NCBI GenBank assembly: GCA_037147155.1
Contig: JBAWVR010000001.1
Coordinates: 1 to 58,842 of the forward strand
Source of the DNA: a bacterium
GTDB lineage: Bacteria > Patescibacteriota > Minisyncoccia > Phycocordibacterales > GWA1-40-21
Direction of reading: 5' to 3'
DNA length: 58,842 bases
How positions within the stretch are numbered: the stretch's first letter is position 1; each line of letters begins with the position of its first letter. Positions 7,986-17,546 of this stretch are shown here, piece by piece. Below the pieces are notes generated by a model. That model made no database searches. It was not told where the DNA came from and saw only the letters and a list, made by a program, of their open reading frames with translations. Position numbers and translations under genes: made by a program.

Positions 7986-9400
7986 GGTAATATTGCCTGA
8001 GTGCGACGATCGCGACCCATCTTGGCTGTACCACCCGCAGAGTCTCCCTCCACAATGAACACTTCGGAATCAGAGGCATCTTTGGACTGACAGTCAGCGA
8101 GCTTGCCCGGCAGAGTCATACCTTCAAGCGCACCTTTACGCAAGACGGAGTCCTTCGCAGCTTTGGCAGCTTTGCGAGCGCGAAGTGCGAGATAGGCTTT
8201 GTTGATTATTCCACGAGCGTCATCCGGATTTTCTTCGAGGAACATCGCGAAGGCTTCACCAAAAATTGTGGCCACAGCTCCTTGAGCATCCATGGTTCCC
8301 AACTTGGATTTGGTCTGACCTTCAAATTGAATCTTGTCCGCACGCAGTTTTACTGAGACAACAGCGGTCAAACCTTCGAGTACATCTTCACCAGTCAGAG
8401 CTTCGTCACCGTCCTTGGCGAGATTATTATTCTTGGCATAGGTATTGAGAGTTCTCGTCAAAGCGGTCTTAAAACCAGTGATATGAGTACCGCCTTCTGG
8501 TGTGTGAATGTTGTTAGCAAAAGACATGACACGGGAAGAAATATCATCCACATACTGGAGAGAAATTTCTACATCCTCAATTCCTTCGGCTCCTTTCTGA
8601 ACATAAAAAATATTTTTCTGAACTGGCTTTTGGAACTGATTGTAAAAACGTACTAGGGACAAGAGACCTCCTTCAAAATAGAAAGACTGTGATGGATTTT
8701 CCAAACCAAGATCAGCTAAATAGAAACAATCTGTATCATCAATCTTATCTTTATATTCACGAGCATCGATAGCAGTAATACGTAAACCTTTAACCAAATA
8801 CGCCTGTTGGCGCATATGAGCTACAACGCGAGGCCAATCAAAATCAGTTCCCTCTTTAAAGATTTCCTTGTCAGGTTCAAAGATAGTAATAGTACCGTGA
8901 GCTTTGGAAGTACCAATCTTTTTGACGGCAGCTTTTTTCTTACCCTGAGAATATTCTTGATAGTAAATACCACCATCCTTGTGCACAACAACCTTCATAT
9001 AAATAGACAAAGCGTTCACCACAGAGGCACCCACACCGTGAAGACCACCAGAAACAGCATATCCATCATCACTGAATTTACCACCAGCGTGGAGCACAGT
9101 CATAATGGTTTCCAACGCTGAAACTTTGGTTTGTTTATGAATATCTACAGGAATACCACGACCGTTGTCAGTAATACGTACACGATTGTTTGGCAAAAGC
9201 ACCACCTCAATATGATTGGCATGACCGTTCATCGCCTCGTCGCGAGAGTTGTCGAAAATTTCTGTGATCAAATGTTGTAGACCATCAGGACCAGTAGTAC
9301 CAATATACATGCCGGGACGGCGACGGACAGGTTCAAGACCTTCCAAAACGGTGATTTGATCAGCACCGTAACTCTTACCTTTCTTCTCTTCCTTGGCCAT
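7967..9400 (-). CDS. gyrB: DNA gyrase subunit B, N-terminal part (ATPase, transducer, start of Toprim)
   Basis: 477-aa ORF with GLHHLV-type, GGLHGVG and EGDSAGG motifs. It terminates 5 codons after ...RRTQAILP because of a 1-nt frame change. Confidence 0.85.
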   Translation of the reverse strand: MAKEEKKGKSYGADQITVLEGLEPVRRRPGMYIGTTGPDGLQHLITEIFDNSRDEAMNGHANHIEVVLLPNNRVRITDNGRGIPVDIHKQTKVSALETIMTVLHAGGKFSDDGYAVSGGLHGVGASVVNALSIYMKVVVHKDGGIYYQEYSQGKKKAAVKKIGTSKAHGTITIFEPDKEIFKEGTDFDWPRVVAHMRQQAYLVKGLRITAIDAREYKDKIDDTDCFYLADLGLENPSQSFYFEGGLLSLVRFYNQFQKPVQKNIFYVQKGAEGIEDVEISLQYVDDISSRVMSFANNIHTPEGGTHITGFKTALTRTLNTYAKNNNLAKDGDEALTGEDVLEGLTAVVSVKLRADKIQFEGQTKSKLGTMDAQGAVATIFGEAFAMFLEENPDDARGIINKAYLALRARKAAKAAKDSVLRKGALEGMTLPGKLADCQSKDASDSEVFIVEGDSAGGTAKMGRDRRTQAILPCVERF

Positions 9401-9444
9401 ATTTTGTAATTAAAATTAAAACCCGCAACTGTTAATATGCATAA

Positions 9445-9474
9445 ATTATACCAAAAAACGCTAGCAAAAGCCAA
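9445..9474 (-). promoter_or_regulatory. candidate gyrB promoter with extended -10
   Basis: Minus strand: TTGGCT, 18 nt, TGGTATAAT. Confidence 0.4.
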
Positions 9475-9519
9475 CGTTTTAGTTACTTGCAAAAGTCAAA
9501 AAACCCTTACCAAATATAA

Positions 9520-10104
9520 TTATTTTTGTAATCTCTCAGTGAAAATCGCAAATTTTCTCCAAGCAGCACGGAATTTATCCATCGGTACAAAAAACTGTCC
9601 TTTTTCGGTTATATTATCTTCCATTGGATCATTCACATAGAAACCGGTTATTTTATCATTTTCTTCCTCGAAACCGATCACCAACACTAAATGTAGCTTA
9701 TCCGGGATGCTGAATTTTTTCCACACAGACACGATCACAGGTTCTCCGTGTATGATAGAGCTTTGAATTTTACCCAAAGCAAAATCAATCAGGTCTTTTT
9801 CGACTGGATTAATTTTGTCTATTTTATTTACTATATCCTTCTCTACTGCTCGGAATTCCTGACGATACGAGCTAAGACCATGGTTGCGCAGCAGCATCAC
9901 GACAGCGTCATGAGACCAGCCATATTCCGTAGTAAAACTATTTTTGATTAATAATCCTTCTTCAAGTAAATCATTAACAGAAAATATTTTATCAAGTGAA
10001 AAATCCAAAACCATCTTAACACAAGCCAAAGCACAGACACGCTCCTGCCAATCTGTTTTTATTTCAGGAGAGAATTGGGAATAAAATGGTACTTCTAATT
10101 TCAT
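9520..10104 (-). CDS. papain-like cysteine peptidase, C39-like domain protein
   Basis: 194-aa ORF. VPFYSQ ... CALACVKM (catalytic Cys context) and a later HLVLVIGF (His), as in peptidase C39-like domains. Confidence 0.5.
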   Translation of the reverse strand: MKLEVPFYSQFSPEIKTDWQERVCALACVKMVLDFSLDKIFSVNDLLEEGLLIKNSFTTEYGWSHDAVVMLLRNHGLSSYRQEFRAVEKDIVNKIDKINPVEKDLIDFALGKIQSSIIHGEPVIVSVWKKFSIPDKLHLVLVIGFEEENDKITGFYVNDPMEDNITEKGQFFVPMDKFRAAWRKFAIFTERLQK

Positions 10105-10108
10105 ATTT

Positions 10109-12487
10109 TTATCTTACCTGCCAACCTTTAGCAGTTACTTCGGCATTAATAGCAGACATGATAACGTCAATCTCCTCTCCGGAAAGTGTCCTCTCATATG
10201 ATTGAAAAACTAATCGATAGGCGTAAGAGGTTTTACTGGTACCGTCTGGAAATTTCTTAACGAAGACATCAAACAAATTTGAACGTACCAACAAGTCACC
10301 TGACTTGGCTTTAATAATTTCTAGGAGTGCCGCATCTGTTACCCCCTCAGGCACAAAGACCGCAATGTCTCGAGAGACAAAAGGATACTGAGAGATTTTA
10401 TGGAAGCGTGTGGTGGCTGGAGCAATCATCATGTCTGGCACAAAATTTTCTGGCTCAGGCATTTTTTCCACAATCTGATTAAAATCAAATTCCACCACTC
10501 CATCAGCGCGAGTGATCGGATTTAAAACGAAACCTAGTTTTTCTACCACTGTTGCCAAGGCAGCATCCAAAACATCTTTTTCTTTTTTCAAGCCCTTAAC
10601 GCCGATAGGATTACCCACACCAAGACAGAGACGAATTGACTCACCATTAGCATTAAATACATGACCTATTTCAAATACTTTTATTTGAGACATACCGATA
10701 AGATCAGTATAGCGGGCATTGAATTCCAGCGATTTTGTAACAGAAGTTGCCAAATCTGTACGCAAAAAAGGTAGCTCCTTATTGAGTGGGTTGGCCACTT
10801 CAATTGCTCCTTGAGCCGAGAAGGCATAGGTATAAATTTCTGAAAAACCAAGCATGCTCAAAACTTTTCTGAGTTCGGTTGCGTAGTAATAAGACTTATC
10901 AGGCATCGCCCGTTTATCAGCCACCTTAACTTCCTTACCACCAATTTTCTCATAACCATTAACCATGGCAATATCTTCAATCAAATCTTCTTTGATACGT
11001 AGATCCAAACGGTCGACTGGGATAGTCACCACCCAACGTTCAGTGTTGTCTGTTACACGACCGCAACCAATAATATTAGTGAACTGCTCGCTGGTAGAAA
11101 GTTTTTCAATTACCACTCCATTCTTGTAACGAGTAGCCTGAACCACTTCATCATTACCGAGGTATAGTCCGACATGATCAATACCGCCTGATACTTTAGT
11201 GCCCGGCATAAATTCAATACTCTCTGTGTGTATCTTACCTTCTCCGCTATTAGCAAAAATCAAATCGCCAGCTTTTAAATCTTTAACTTCAACTCTATCA
11301 GTCGCCACGTACTGATCTATAGACATTCGTGGCAACAAAACGCCACCCTGAGCATAGAGGTAAGCCACGAGACCAGAACAATCAAATTCTTTTGGCGCAT
11401 TATAAGTCACACTAGCACCCACTCGATAAGTAGCACCAACCAGAGTCGGAGCAACCATCAACACTTCGTCAATAGGCTTAACAACTTTATATTCAAAGCC
11501 AAGATCAGAAAAAATATTTTCAATCTCTGGAGTAGTAAGACTAAGACCGAGCAAACGATTAATCTCGCCCAAGCTAACACCTACTTTATACTGATTGGCA
11601 CGTCGTGGATAGTTATCCACAACTTCACCTACCTTTGTGTCTGATGTGCCAGCGATTTCCACAATAATTGAAGTTAACAAATCCATTGCTTCACCAGCCA
11701 ATTCTGGTGAATAGTCATTTTCGTAGCGCTTGGAAGCGTCGGTCTGAATCTTGATATTAGCTGAAGTTCGGCGAATAAGTGTCGGATTAAAGTTGGCTGA
11801 TTCCAATACCAAATCAACAGTATTTTCATCAATTTCCGCCTCAGTACCTCCTTTAATACCAGCAATAGCTAAAGGACGATCCTCGTTGGTAATCAAAAGG
11901 ATGGATGGATCTAGTTCGACAAATTTCTTATCAAGAGTGGTAATAGATGTCTCGGCTTTGGCGCGCTTTACTTCAATCAAAATTTTGTCGTCACGTTTGA
12001 CTAGTTTACTGGCATCAAAAGCATGCATCGGCTGTCCGATTTCTAGCATAACAAAGTTAGTGGCATCAACAACATTACTGATTGAGCGCTGACCAAAAGC
12101 CTCAAGATAGTTTTTCAACCATTCTGGTGATGGTCCAATTTTAATTTTCTCTATTACACGTCCAGCATAACGACGACAATCTTTTTCATCTTCAATCTCA
12201 ATCGCTAACTTATTATTAGTTTCAGAAATAACATAAGACTTTAGCTCACGAGAATAAGTGGCTGGTTTTTGCTTAATTACAGCTCCAACCAATCTTGCTA
12301 CGCCACGGTGACAGAGAGCACTGTGGGCCAAGTTCGGTGTAACTTTCACATCCAAGATTTCATCATCACCAACAGGATTCACTGATTCCACTTCCAAAAA
12401 GCTCATCATCAATTTATTGGCGACGACTTTTGACTCTGGCAATTTACCAGCAAAGAAATTATTTAACCATTTATATGAAATATTCAT
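10109..12487 (-). CDS. pheT: phenylalanyl-tRNA synthetase beta subunit with an inserted NlpC/P60-like domain
   Basis: The track ORF starts at 12520, but MNISYKWLNNF (ATG 12487) is the canonical PheT N-terminus and avoids overlap with pheS. B3/4, B5 and the C-terminal domains are recognisable, and the B2 tRNA-binding OB-fold appears absent. An extra ~150 aa at residues ~347-495 of the track ORF carries DCSGLV...HVGLYLG. Confidence 0.9.
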   Translation of the reverse strand: MNISYKWLNNFFAGKLPESKVVANKLMMSFLEVESVNPVGDDEILDVKVTPNLAHSALCHRGVARLVGAVIKQKPATYSRELKSYVISETNNKLAIEIEDEKDCRRYAGRVIEKIKIGPSPEWLKNYLEAFGQRSISNVVDATNFVMLEIGQPMHAFDASKLVKRDDKILIEVKRAKAETSITTLDKKFVELDPSILLITNEDRPLAIAGIKGGTEAEIDENTVDLVLESANFNPTLIRRTSANIKIQTDASKRYENDYSPELAGEAMDLLTSIIVEIAGTSDTKVGEVVDNYPRRANQYKVGVSLGEINRLLGLSLTTPEIENIFSDLGFEYKVVKPIDEVLMVAPTLVGATYRVGASVTYNAPKEFDCSGLVAYLYAQGGVLLPRMSIDQYVATDRVEVKDLKAGDLIFANSGEGKIHTESIEFMPGTKVSGGIDHVGLYLGNDEVVQATRYKNGVVIEKLSTSEQFTNIIGCGRVTDNTERWVVTIPVDRLDLRIKEDLIEDIAMVNGYEKIGGKEVKVADKRAMPDKSYYYATELRKVLSMLGFSEIYTYAFSAQGAIEVANPLNKELPFLRTDLATSVTKSLEFNARYTDLIGMSQIKVFEIGHVFNANGESIRLCLGVGNPIGVKGLKKEKDVLDAALATVVEKLGFVLNPITRADGVVEFDFNQIVEKMPEPENFVPDMMIAPATTRFHKISQYPFVSRDIAVFVPEGVTDAALLEIIKAKSGDLLVRSNLFDVFVKKFPDGTSKTSYAYRLVFQSYERTLSGEEIDVIMSAINAEVTAKGWQVR

Positions 12488-12491
12488 GAGT

Positions 12492-13268
12492 TTATATTTT
12501 AGTTTCTGAATCAGTTTCAAATTGGTTGACTAGACGAAGGTCACCAGAGTACAAGAGACGAATATCATCAATGCCATATTTATACATCGCCAATCTTTCA
12601 ATTGAACCACCAAAGGCAAAACCAGTAAATTCTTTTGGATTAATACCGCCGTTCTGCAAAACTTTTGGATGGATCATTCCCGCCCCCATCACCTCTACCC
12701 AGCCACCCCCCTTACAGACAGGACATCCTACCTCGCCGTGATTACATTTAAAACACGAGATATCAATTTCTGTGCCTGGCTCAACGAAAGGAAAATAGCT
12801 CGGACGAAAGCGCACTTCAACATCCTTACCAAAAAACTTATCGAAAAAATAATTGAGCACAGACTTCAAATCTCCCATAGTGACATTCTTGTCCACCATC
12901 ATACCTTCGAATTGATAGAACTGAGTTTCGTGAGTAGCATCAGTGGCTTCTTGACGAAAAACCTTACCAGGACAGACCATCTTAAAAGGTGGCTTGTTGG
13001 TCTCCATGAAATGCGCTTGAATGGCACTAGTTTGAGTTCGGAGTAACATCTTGTGTTCTCCTTTTTCATCGGTTTCGGTACGCTCCAACCAAAAAGTATC
13101 CTGCATATCTCGAGCTGGATGATCCTTGGGCACATTCAAAACATCAAAGTTATAATACTCTGTCTCCATCTCTGGTCCATCCACCTTAACAAAGCCCAAT
13201 TCGCCAAAAATAGCGTTGACGCGATAGATGACGTCAGTGACTGGGTGAATTGTGCCTTTTTCTTTCAT
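12492..13268 (-). CDS. pheS: phenylalanyl-tRNA synthetase alpha subunit, short form
   Basis: 258-aa ORF covering the class II catalytic core (HPARDMQDTF, FRPSYFPFVEPG, GAGMIHP). The N-terminal coiled coil is missing. Confidence 0.9.
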   Translation of the reverse strand: MKEKGTIHPVTDVIYRVNAIFGELGFVKVDGPEMETEYYNFDVLNVPKDHPARDMQDTFWLERTETDEKGEHKMLLRTQTSAIQAHFMETNKPPFKMVCPGKVFRQEATDATHETQFYQFEGMMVDKNVTMGDLKSVLNYFFDKFFGKDVEVRFRPSYFPFVEPGTEIDISCFKCNHGEVGCPVCKGGGWVEVMGAGMIHPKVLQNGGINPKEFTGFAFGGSIERLAMYKYGIDDIRLLYSGDLRLVNQFETDSETKI

Positions 13269-13330
13269 GGGTCAATTATAGCGGAAACCGTGGAAAATTC
13301 AATCTATTTTAGTTTTAGGATCAACGTATG

Positions 13331-14209
13331 CTAGATTTCCAAATACCCTATTTTTACTCCGTCTTTAATATAGATATTATCATTATAAATAATGAAATTC
13401 GCTTTATCTGTTCCGGTATAAATTTTCTGCAATATTTTACTATTATTATGACAAATTTCCACAGCGTAAATATCTTTGCCAACCAAGACGACTACAACGT
13501 CAGTGCGACCAGGTAAAAAATCCAACTTTTTTATAGTACCAGGCAGAGAAGCTACAACACTTTCGGTACGGCAGACATGATTTTCACAAAACATCAAAGG
13601 TTCCTGTCCTTTTTCTCCCAACCATCTGACCATTATGTCTCTTCCGTCACTCCAAATAGCCGACTTTCTTTTAATGACTAAATTAATGAGACTAAAATTA
13701 ATTGTTGAGGAAGAAAAATCCTTAGAATAATCAACAGACAAAGGCTTGGAAAAAACTTGGGACACTTTAGTATATTCAGTATTAACTTTTTTTTCTTTTG
13801 TACCAACAATATATTGCGGCACTTCAGTAAAAGGAATAACTATTGGTAAAGAGAACACCGATGACTCTGTTACTAAATTCGGCTCCACTTTTATAATCTT
13901 GTTCCAATTATTATACCCCTCTTTCTTAACAGATAAATCATATGAGGTGTTTGGTTTTAAACCTTTAACAAAAAAATCTCGTTGAATAAAGTTGGTAGTT
14001 TTCTTAAGTTGACCATCAAGATATACTTCGGAGCCATTGGGAAAATCAAATAAATAAATGCCACCGGTTTTACGAAAGTTAAACCAGCCGTCAGGCATAT
14101 CTCCAATAGCATAAGAAACTATAAAAGGCGTAATAATAATAAACACTAAAATAAATGCCATTAAACGTATTAGACGAAACGTGCGATTCTTTTTTTGTTC
14201 TTCTTTCAT
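13331..14209 (-). CDS. membrane-anchored PEGA-domain protein
   Basis: 292-aa ORF with an N-terminal TM helix. FPNGSEVYLDGQLKKTT...LKPNTSYDLSVKKEGYNNWNKIIKV resembles a PEGA domain. Confidence 0.45.
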   Translation of the reverse strand: MKEEQKKNRTFRLIRLMAFILVFIIITPFIVSYAIGDMPDGWFNFRKTGGIYLFDFPNGSEVYLDGQLKKTTNFIQRDFFVKGLKPNTSYDLSVKKEGYNNWNKIIKVEPNLVTESSVFSLPIVIPFTEVPQYIVGTKEKKVNTEYTKVSQVFSKPLSVDYSKDFSSSTINFSLINLVIKRKSAIWSDGRDIMVRWLGEKGQEPLMFCENHVCRTESVVASLPGTIKKLDFLPGRTDVVVVLVGKDIYAVEICHNNSKILQKIYTGTDKANFIIYNDNIYIKDGVKIGYLEI

Positions 14210-14212
14210 AAA

Positions 14213-15766
14213 TTATTTGTTTAGACCGGCGCGATGTTTTGGCGTCACCCAAAAACCCATATACTTTCCAAACATGAGACGAGTCTGCGCATCCAAAGCC
14301 GGAATGGAACCGAAGACAATGACTGTAAATGGTACCAAAACCCACTGAAAGACCATGAACATTTTGGTAAAACGATTCTTGTGATCAGCTGGCTTTGGTG
14401 GCAAAAAACTCATAGAAACAAGGACTGCCAAGAAAAGACCAAGCATAGAGAAGATAGCCATATCACGAATAATGACAGGTAAATTATAAGAGATGACAGT
14501 ATAACTAAAAGCAGAGCCGCCCAAAATGATTGGCAACCAGCCCGAGACAAAGATTATAAGGGAGTTCGTTGACCAAGACCACAAACCTTCAAACACCACG
14601 GAGGTCAAATAAAATTTGCGCCAAAATGGAATTTTCTTGTTCTTGATAAAACCGAAAACTATGTATGGGAAATTTTCAGCACCCCAAGCCCAACGGCGCT
14701 GTTGCTTATAAACATTCACAGCTGTCTGCCACAAAGTCGGAGCCAGGTTACCATCCATTGATACGGGATAATAAATAGGTGTTGTTCGATAGTCACCATC
14801 AAAAGCCAAAAGAGAGTTCCAGAAAATTCTCGAGTCTTCGGACACAATATTTTTTTGCCAAAAGCCAGCGTCATAAATGGTTTTAAAACAAACTGAGTGA
14901 GAGGAAAAAGTGGCCAATTTTTCTGGCCTCTCCTGTTGCATCATTTGCCAAAAACTACCAGAGCTGGCGACTACGCGAGAGATAGCTGGAGACTCCCAAA
15001 TATTATTATTAAAAACCGGCACCGGTTGGAATGATGTTCGGTATGGATGCTCGGAAATTAAAAAGTTCCAAGTTAAACACAAAAAATACCCAGGGTAAAC
15101 AATTGTATCTATATCAAAAGCTGAAACCAAGACATCTTCATAGGCAATCCCGTTTTTATCCAAAACATCAATTCTGGTTTTTTCGATAGCATAAGCAATA
15201 TTTGATCCCTTGCCCGGCATCTCATCTGGTTGCCCGGCTGGGTGAATAGTGTAAACAAAGTGACCAAATTTTTTAGCGTATTTTTCTACCACCTCTTCGG
15301 CCATCTTTTTAGTATCATCCTTAGCTCTCTCCTCTCCTGCCAAAACCACAATTATTTTCTTGTGGTTCCAATCGGAATTGATTAGTGAGTCCAGACTCTT
15401 TTCAATAATTTCTCTATCTTCATTATAAAAAGGCAAAATTACCATCTGATGAATATGTGTATATTTGAATCTTGACAATCTTTCTCTCCAGTCGGTTTCC
15501 AGATTAATTTGAATTTTTTTCCAACTTGCACGCAAATAAAGTGAGAAATAAATGGTCTTCAAAAACCAGTAGAAATCAAAGGCGATAATACCGATAGCGC
15601 AATAGAAAGGAATAAAATACGACAAAACAGCGAGCAAGATCAGTGTTAGCCAAGAAACTGCTCCAGGTAAAATTTCGAGACAACGATAAAGTTTGTACTC
15701 GCTTCCCTCGAGGTCAGTGGCTCTACCAACTCGATAATATTTAGTTTTTTTATAGTCGCTTTCCAT
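14213..15766 (-). CDS. integral-membrane processive glycosyltransferase, family 2 (cellulose/chitin-synthase-like)
   Basis: 517-aa ORF with multiple TM helices. ILPFYNED, an FDID (DxD-like) motif and QQRRWAWG (QxxRW) are present. Confidence 0.75.
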   Translation of the reverse strand: MESDYKKTKYYRVGRATDLEGSEYKLYRCLEILPGAVSWLTLILLAVLSYFIPFYCAIGIIAFDFYWFLKTIYFSLYLRASWKKIQINLETDWRERLSRFKYTHIHQMVILPFYNEDREIIEKSLDSLINSDWNHKKIIVVLAGEERAKDDTKKMAEEVVEKYAKKFGHFVYTIHPAGQPDEMPGKGSNIAYAIEKTRIDVLDKNGIAYEDVLVSAFDIDTIVYPGYFLCLTWNFLISEHPYRTSFQPVPVFNNNIWESPAISRVVASSGSFWQMMQQERPEKLATFSSHSVCFKTIYDAGFWQKNIVSEDSRIFWNSLLAFDGDYRTTPIYYPVSMDGNLAPTLWQTAVNVYKQQRRWAWGAENFPYIVFGFIKNKKIPFWRKFYLTSVVFEGLWSWSTNSLIIFVSGWLPIILGGSAFSYTVISYNLPVIIRDMAIFSMLGLFLAVLVSMSFLPPKPADHKNRFTKMFMVFQWVLVPFTVIVFGSIPALDAQTRLMFGKYMGFWVTPKHRAGLNK

Positions 15767-15860
15767 GTTTATCAGATGAAAAAACCGGTTTATACCGGAA
15801 TTGTCGTTTGGTGTCTAATATCAAGATATTAACACAAAAAAGTGTTTTTGAACAGGGAAA

Positions 15861-15923
15861 AAGACGGGTTTTTGCGACCCGCCCGAACGTTCGTTCGGAA
15901 CGGGGGGTGCAAAAACCCGTCTT
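15861..15923 (-). terminator. compound hairpin terminator
   Basis: AAGACGGGTTTTTGC ... GCAAAAACCCGTCTT encloses a GC-rich inner hairpin (CCCGCCCGAACG...). A T-run follows on the minus strand, directly after the stop at 15925. Confidence 0.6.
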
Positions 15924-15924
15924 G

Positions 15925-17316
15925 TTAATCATCCAACAAATCGATATCCTTTTGGAACTGAGTCGCTCGGTCAGCCACCTGATGGCCATATCCATAAGTA
16001 CTATACATATATGTACTGAGGCGACTGTTTTTGAGTGCTAAACCTCCATAATATTTTGCTGCTCCGCAAGACCACAAATCCCAAGTCTTGGTAAAGCTAG
16101 TACGGCAGACTCCAACAGCATCTTTAAGATATAAACCCGTGGCGACGAAAGCGTCGAGATTTACAAACGGTGAGGCTGAGCTCTTGCCAAGTAGATTGGC
16201 CACTCTCTGTTTGAAACCACTCAAAGTACCAACATTCCACCAAGTATTTGGCATAAACTGAGCTGGTCCCATAGCACCACCATATTGTCCATCCTGATAA
16301 ATCGGACAAGAAACTGGAGTGGTGTCTGGATTCATACCCAACTCACTCATAATAGCCAAGAAGGAAGCCTTCTGAGAATTGGACATGACTGTGCCATTGG
16401 TATTGCTGGCGCTTTGATTATAAAAACACTTACCTATATTTTTTCCAATCTCTCCATTAATACCAGATTCTTGGGTTAGGATAGCGAGTACAAAAGCCGT
16501 GCTAACACCGAGTTGACTTTCATATGGTTGAATGAGCTTAACAGCCTCACCAAATTTCATTTCCTGTCCACCAACAGTCTTAAAGATACGATTGTTAATC
16601 GCCAATTTGATTTTTTCTCTTTCCGCAATCATCTTCTTATAAGCATCTTCTTGACCCTTGGTAAATTTTAACAGAGTTTGTTGTTCTAGTTTATAGTTTT
16701 CTGTTTTACGCTTTTCAGCTTCCTGTTCAAATTTTAACTTCTCCTGAGCACTTTGTTTGTTTTCAAGGTCTTTTTTCTGTTGCTCTGAGTCCACTTTTAC
16801 TCCTTGGATTTCCAAAGACAAGTCCCTGATTTTGGAATTTACTGCAATCTGCTGATCGATCTTTCCCCAAAAAGTCGAAAAGTTCTCTCCAGAAAAAATC
16901 ATCTCTGGCAAAGAGACATTTTCTACATCCTGACTATCTCTCATCAACTCTCCAATAGTGGAACGTAGACTAACAATCTTGTCGGATAGTTTACCAATAT
17001 ATACCACCTTATCATTGATATTGGTTCCCAATTGTTTTATCTGAATATTACGCGCTTTTATATCTAAATCAGCTTTTTTAATTTTACTATTCAAACTACT
17101 AATGGCGCTTTCTAAAATGGTTGATTGTTTTTGAGTGGAAGTCAGGGTTTTCTTCTGGTCGGCAATTTCTTTCTCACAATCATTCAAAACCTGCTGTAAT
17201 TGGTCACGGCTCATACCATCGGTATTATCAGTACAGACTGCCATGGCTGGTTTTGTTCCCAAACAAAAAACCGCCAAGAGGCCGGCCAATATTATGAGAC
17301 TTTTGGTACCCTTCAT
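15925..17316 (-). CDS. secreted coiled-coil protein with C-terminal lytic transglycosylase (SLT/MltB-like) domain
   Basis: 463-aa ORF with a signal peptide and a long coiled-coil region. Then ILTQESG (catalytic Glu) and GAMGPAQFMPNTW. Confidence 0.65.
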   Translation of the reverse strand: MKGTKSLIILAGLLAVFCLGTKPAMAVCTDNTDGMSRDQLQQVLNDCEKEIADQKKTLTSTQKQSTILESAISSLNSKIKKADLDIKARNIQIKQLGTNINDKVVYIGKLSDKIVSLRSTIGELMRDSQDVENVSLPEMIFSGENFSTFWGKIDQQIAVNSKIRDLSLEIQGVKVDSEQQKKDLENKQSAQEKLKFEQEAEKRKTENYKLEQQTLLKFTKGQEDAYKKMIAEREKIKLAINNRIFKTVGGQEMKFGEAVKLIQPYESQLGVSTAFVLAILTQESGINGEIGKNIGKCFYNQSASNTNGTVMSNSQKASFLAIMSELGMNPDTTPVSCPIYQDGQYGGAMGPAQFMPNTWWNVGTLSGFKQRVANLLGKSSASPFVNLDAFVATGLYLKDAVGVCRTSFTKTWDLWSCGAAKYYGGLALKNSRLSTYMYSTYGYGHQVADRATQFQKDIDLLDD

Positions 17317-17354
17317 ACCCCTCTATTTTACTATACTTTGGTCAGATATCAAAA

Positions 17355-17390
17355 CAAAAAGGCCGTTCGCTCCGCGAACGGCCTTTTTGT
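17355..17390. terminator. bidirectional rho-independent terminator
   Basis: GGCCGTTCGC-tcc-GCGAACGGCC flanked by an A-run and a T-run. It lies downstream of rplY plus element A1. Confidence 0.7.
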
Positions 17391-17407
17391 TTAAAATATT
17401 TAGATTA

Positions 17408-17546
17408 CCCGGTTGTGAGTTTTGGCATCGTTTTTAAAATTGCGTACCGGTACTGTTTTGATTATCCAATTAGCAAAACAGACCCTAGCTTAATACTAGA
17501 GTCTGTTCTGTTAAAAACAATTTTAATGCCAAAATCTACAACGGGG
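17408..17546. mobile_element. family A hairpin/TIR element (MITE-like), copy A1
   Basis: 139 bp with termini CCCGGTTGTGAGTTTTGGCA ... TGCCAAAATCTACAACGGGG. Near-identical copies lie at 35664-35801 (inverted) and 53695-53832. Flanked by TTA/TTA, and the right TTA is the rplY stop codon. Confidence 0.75.
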
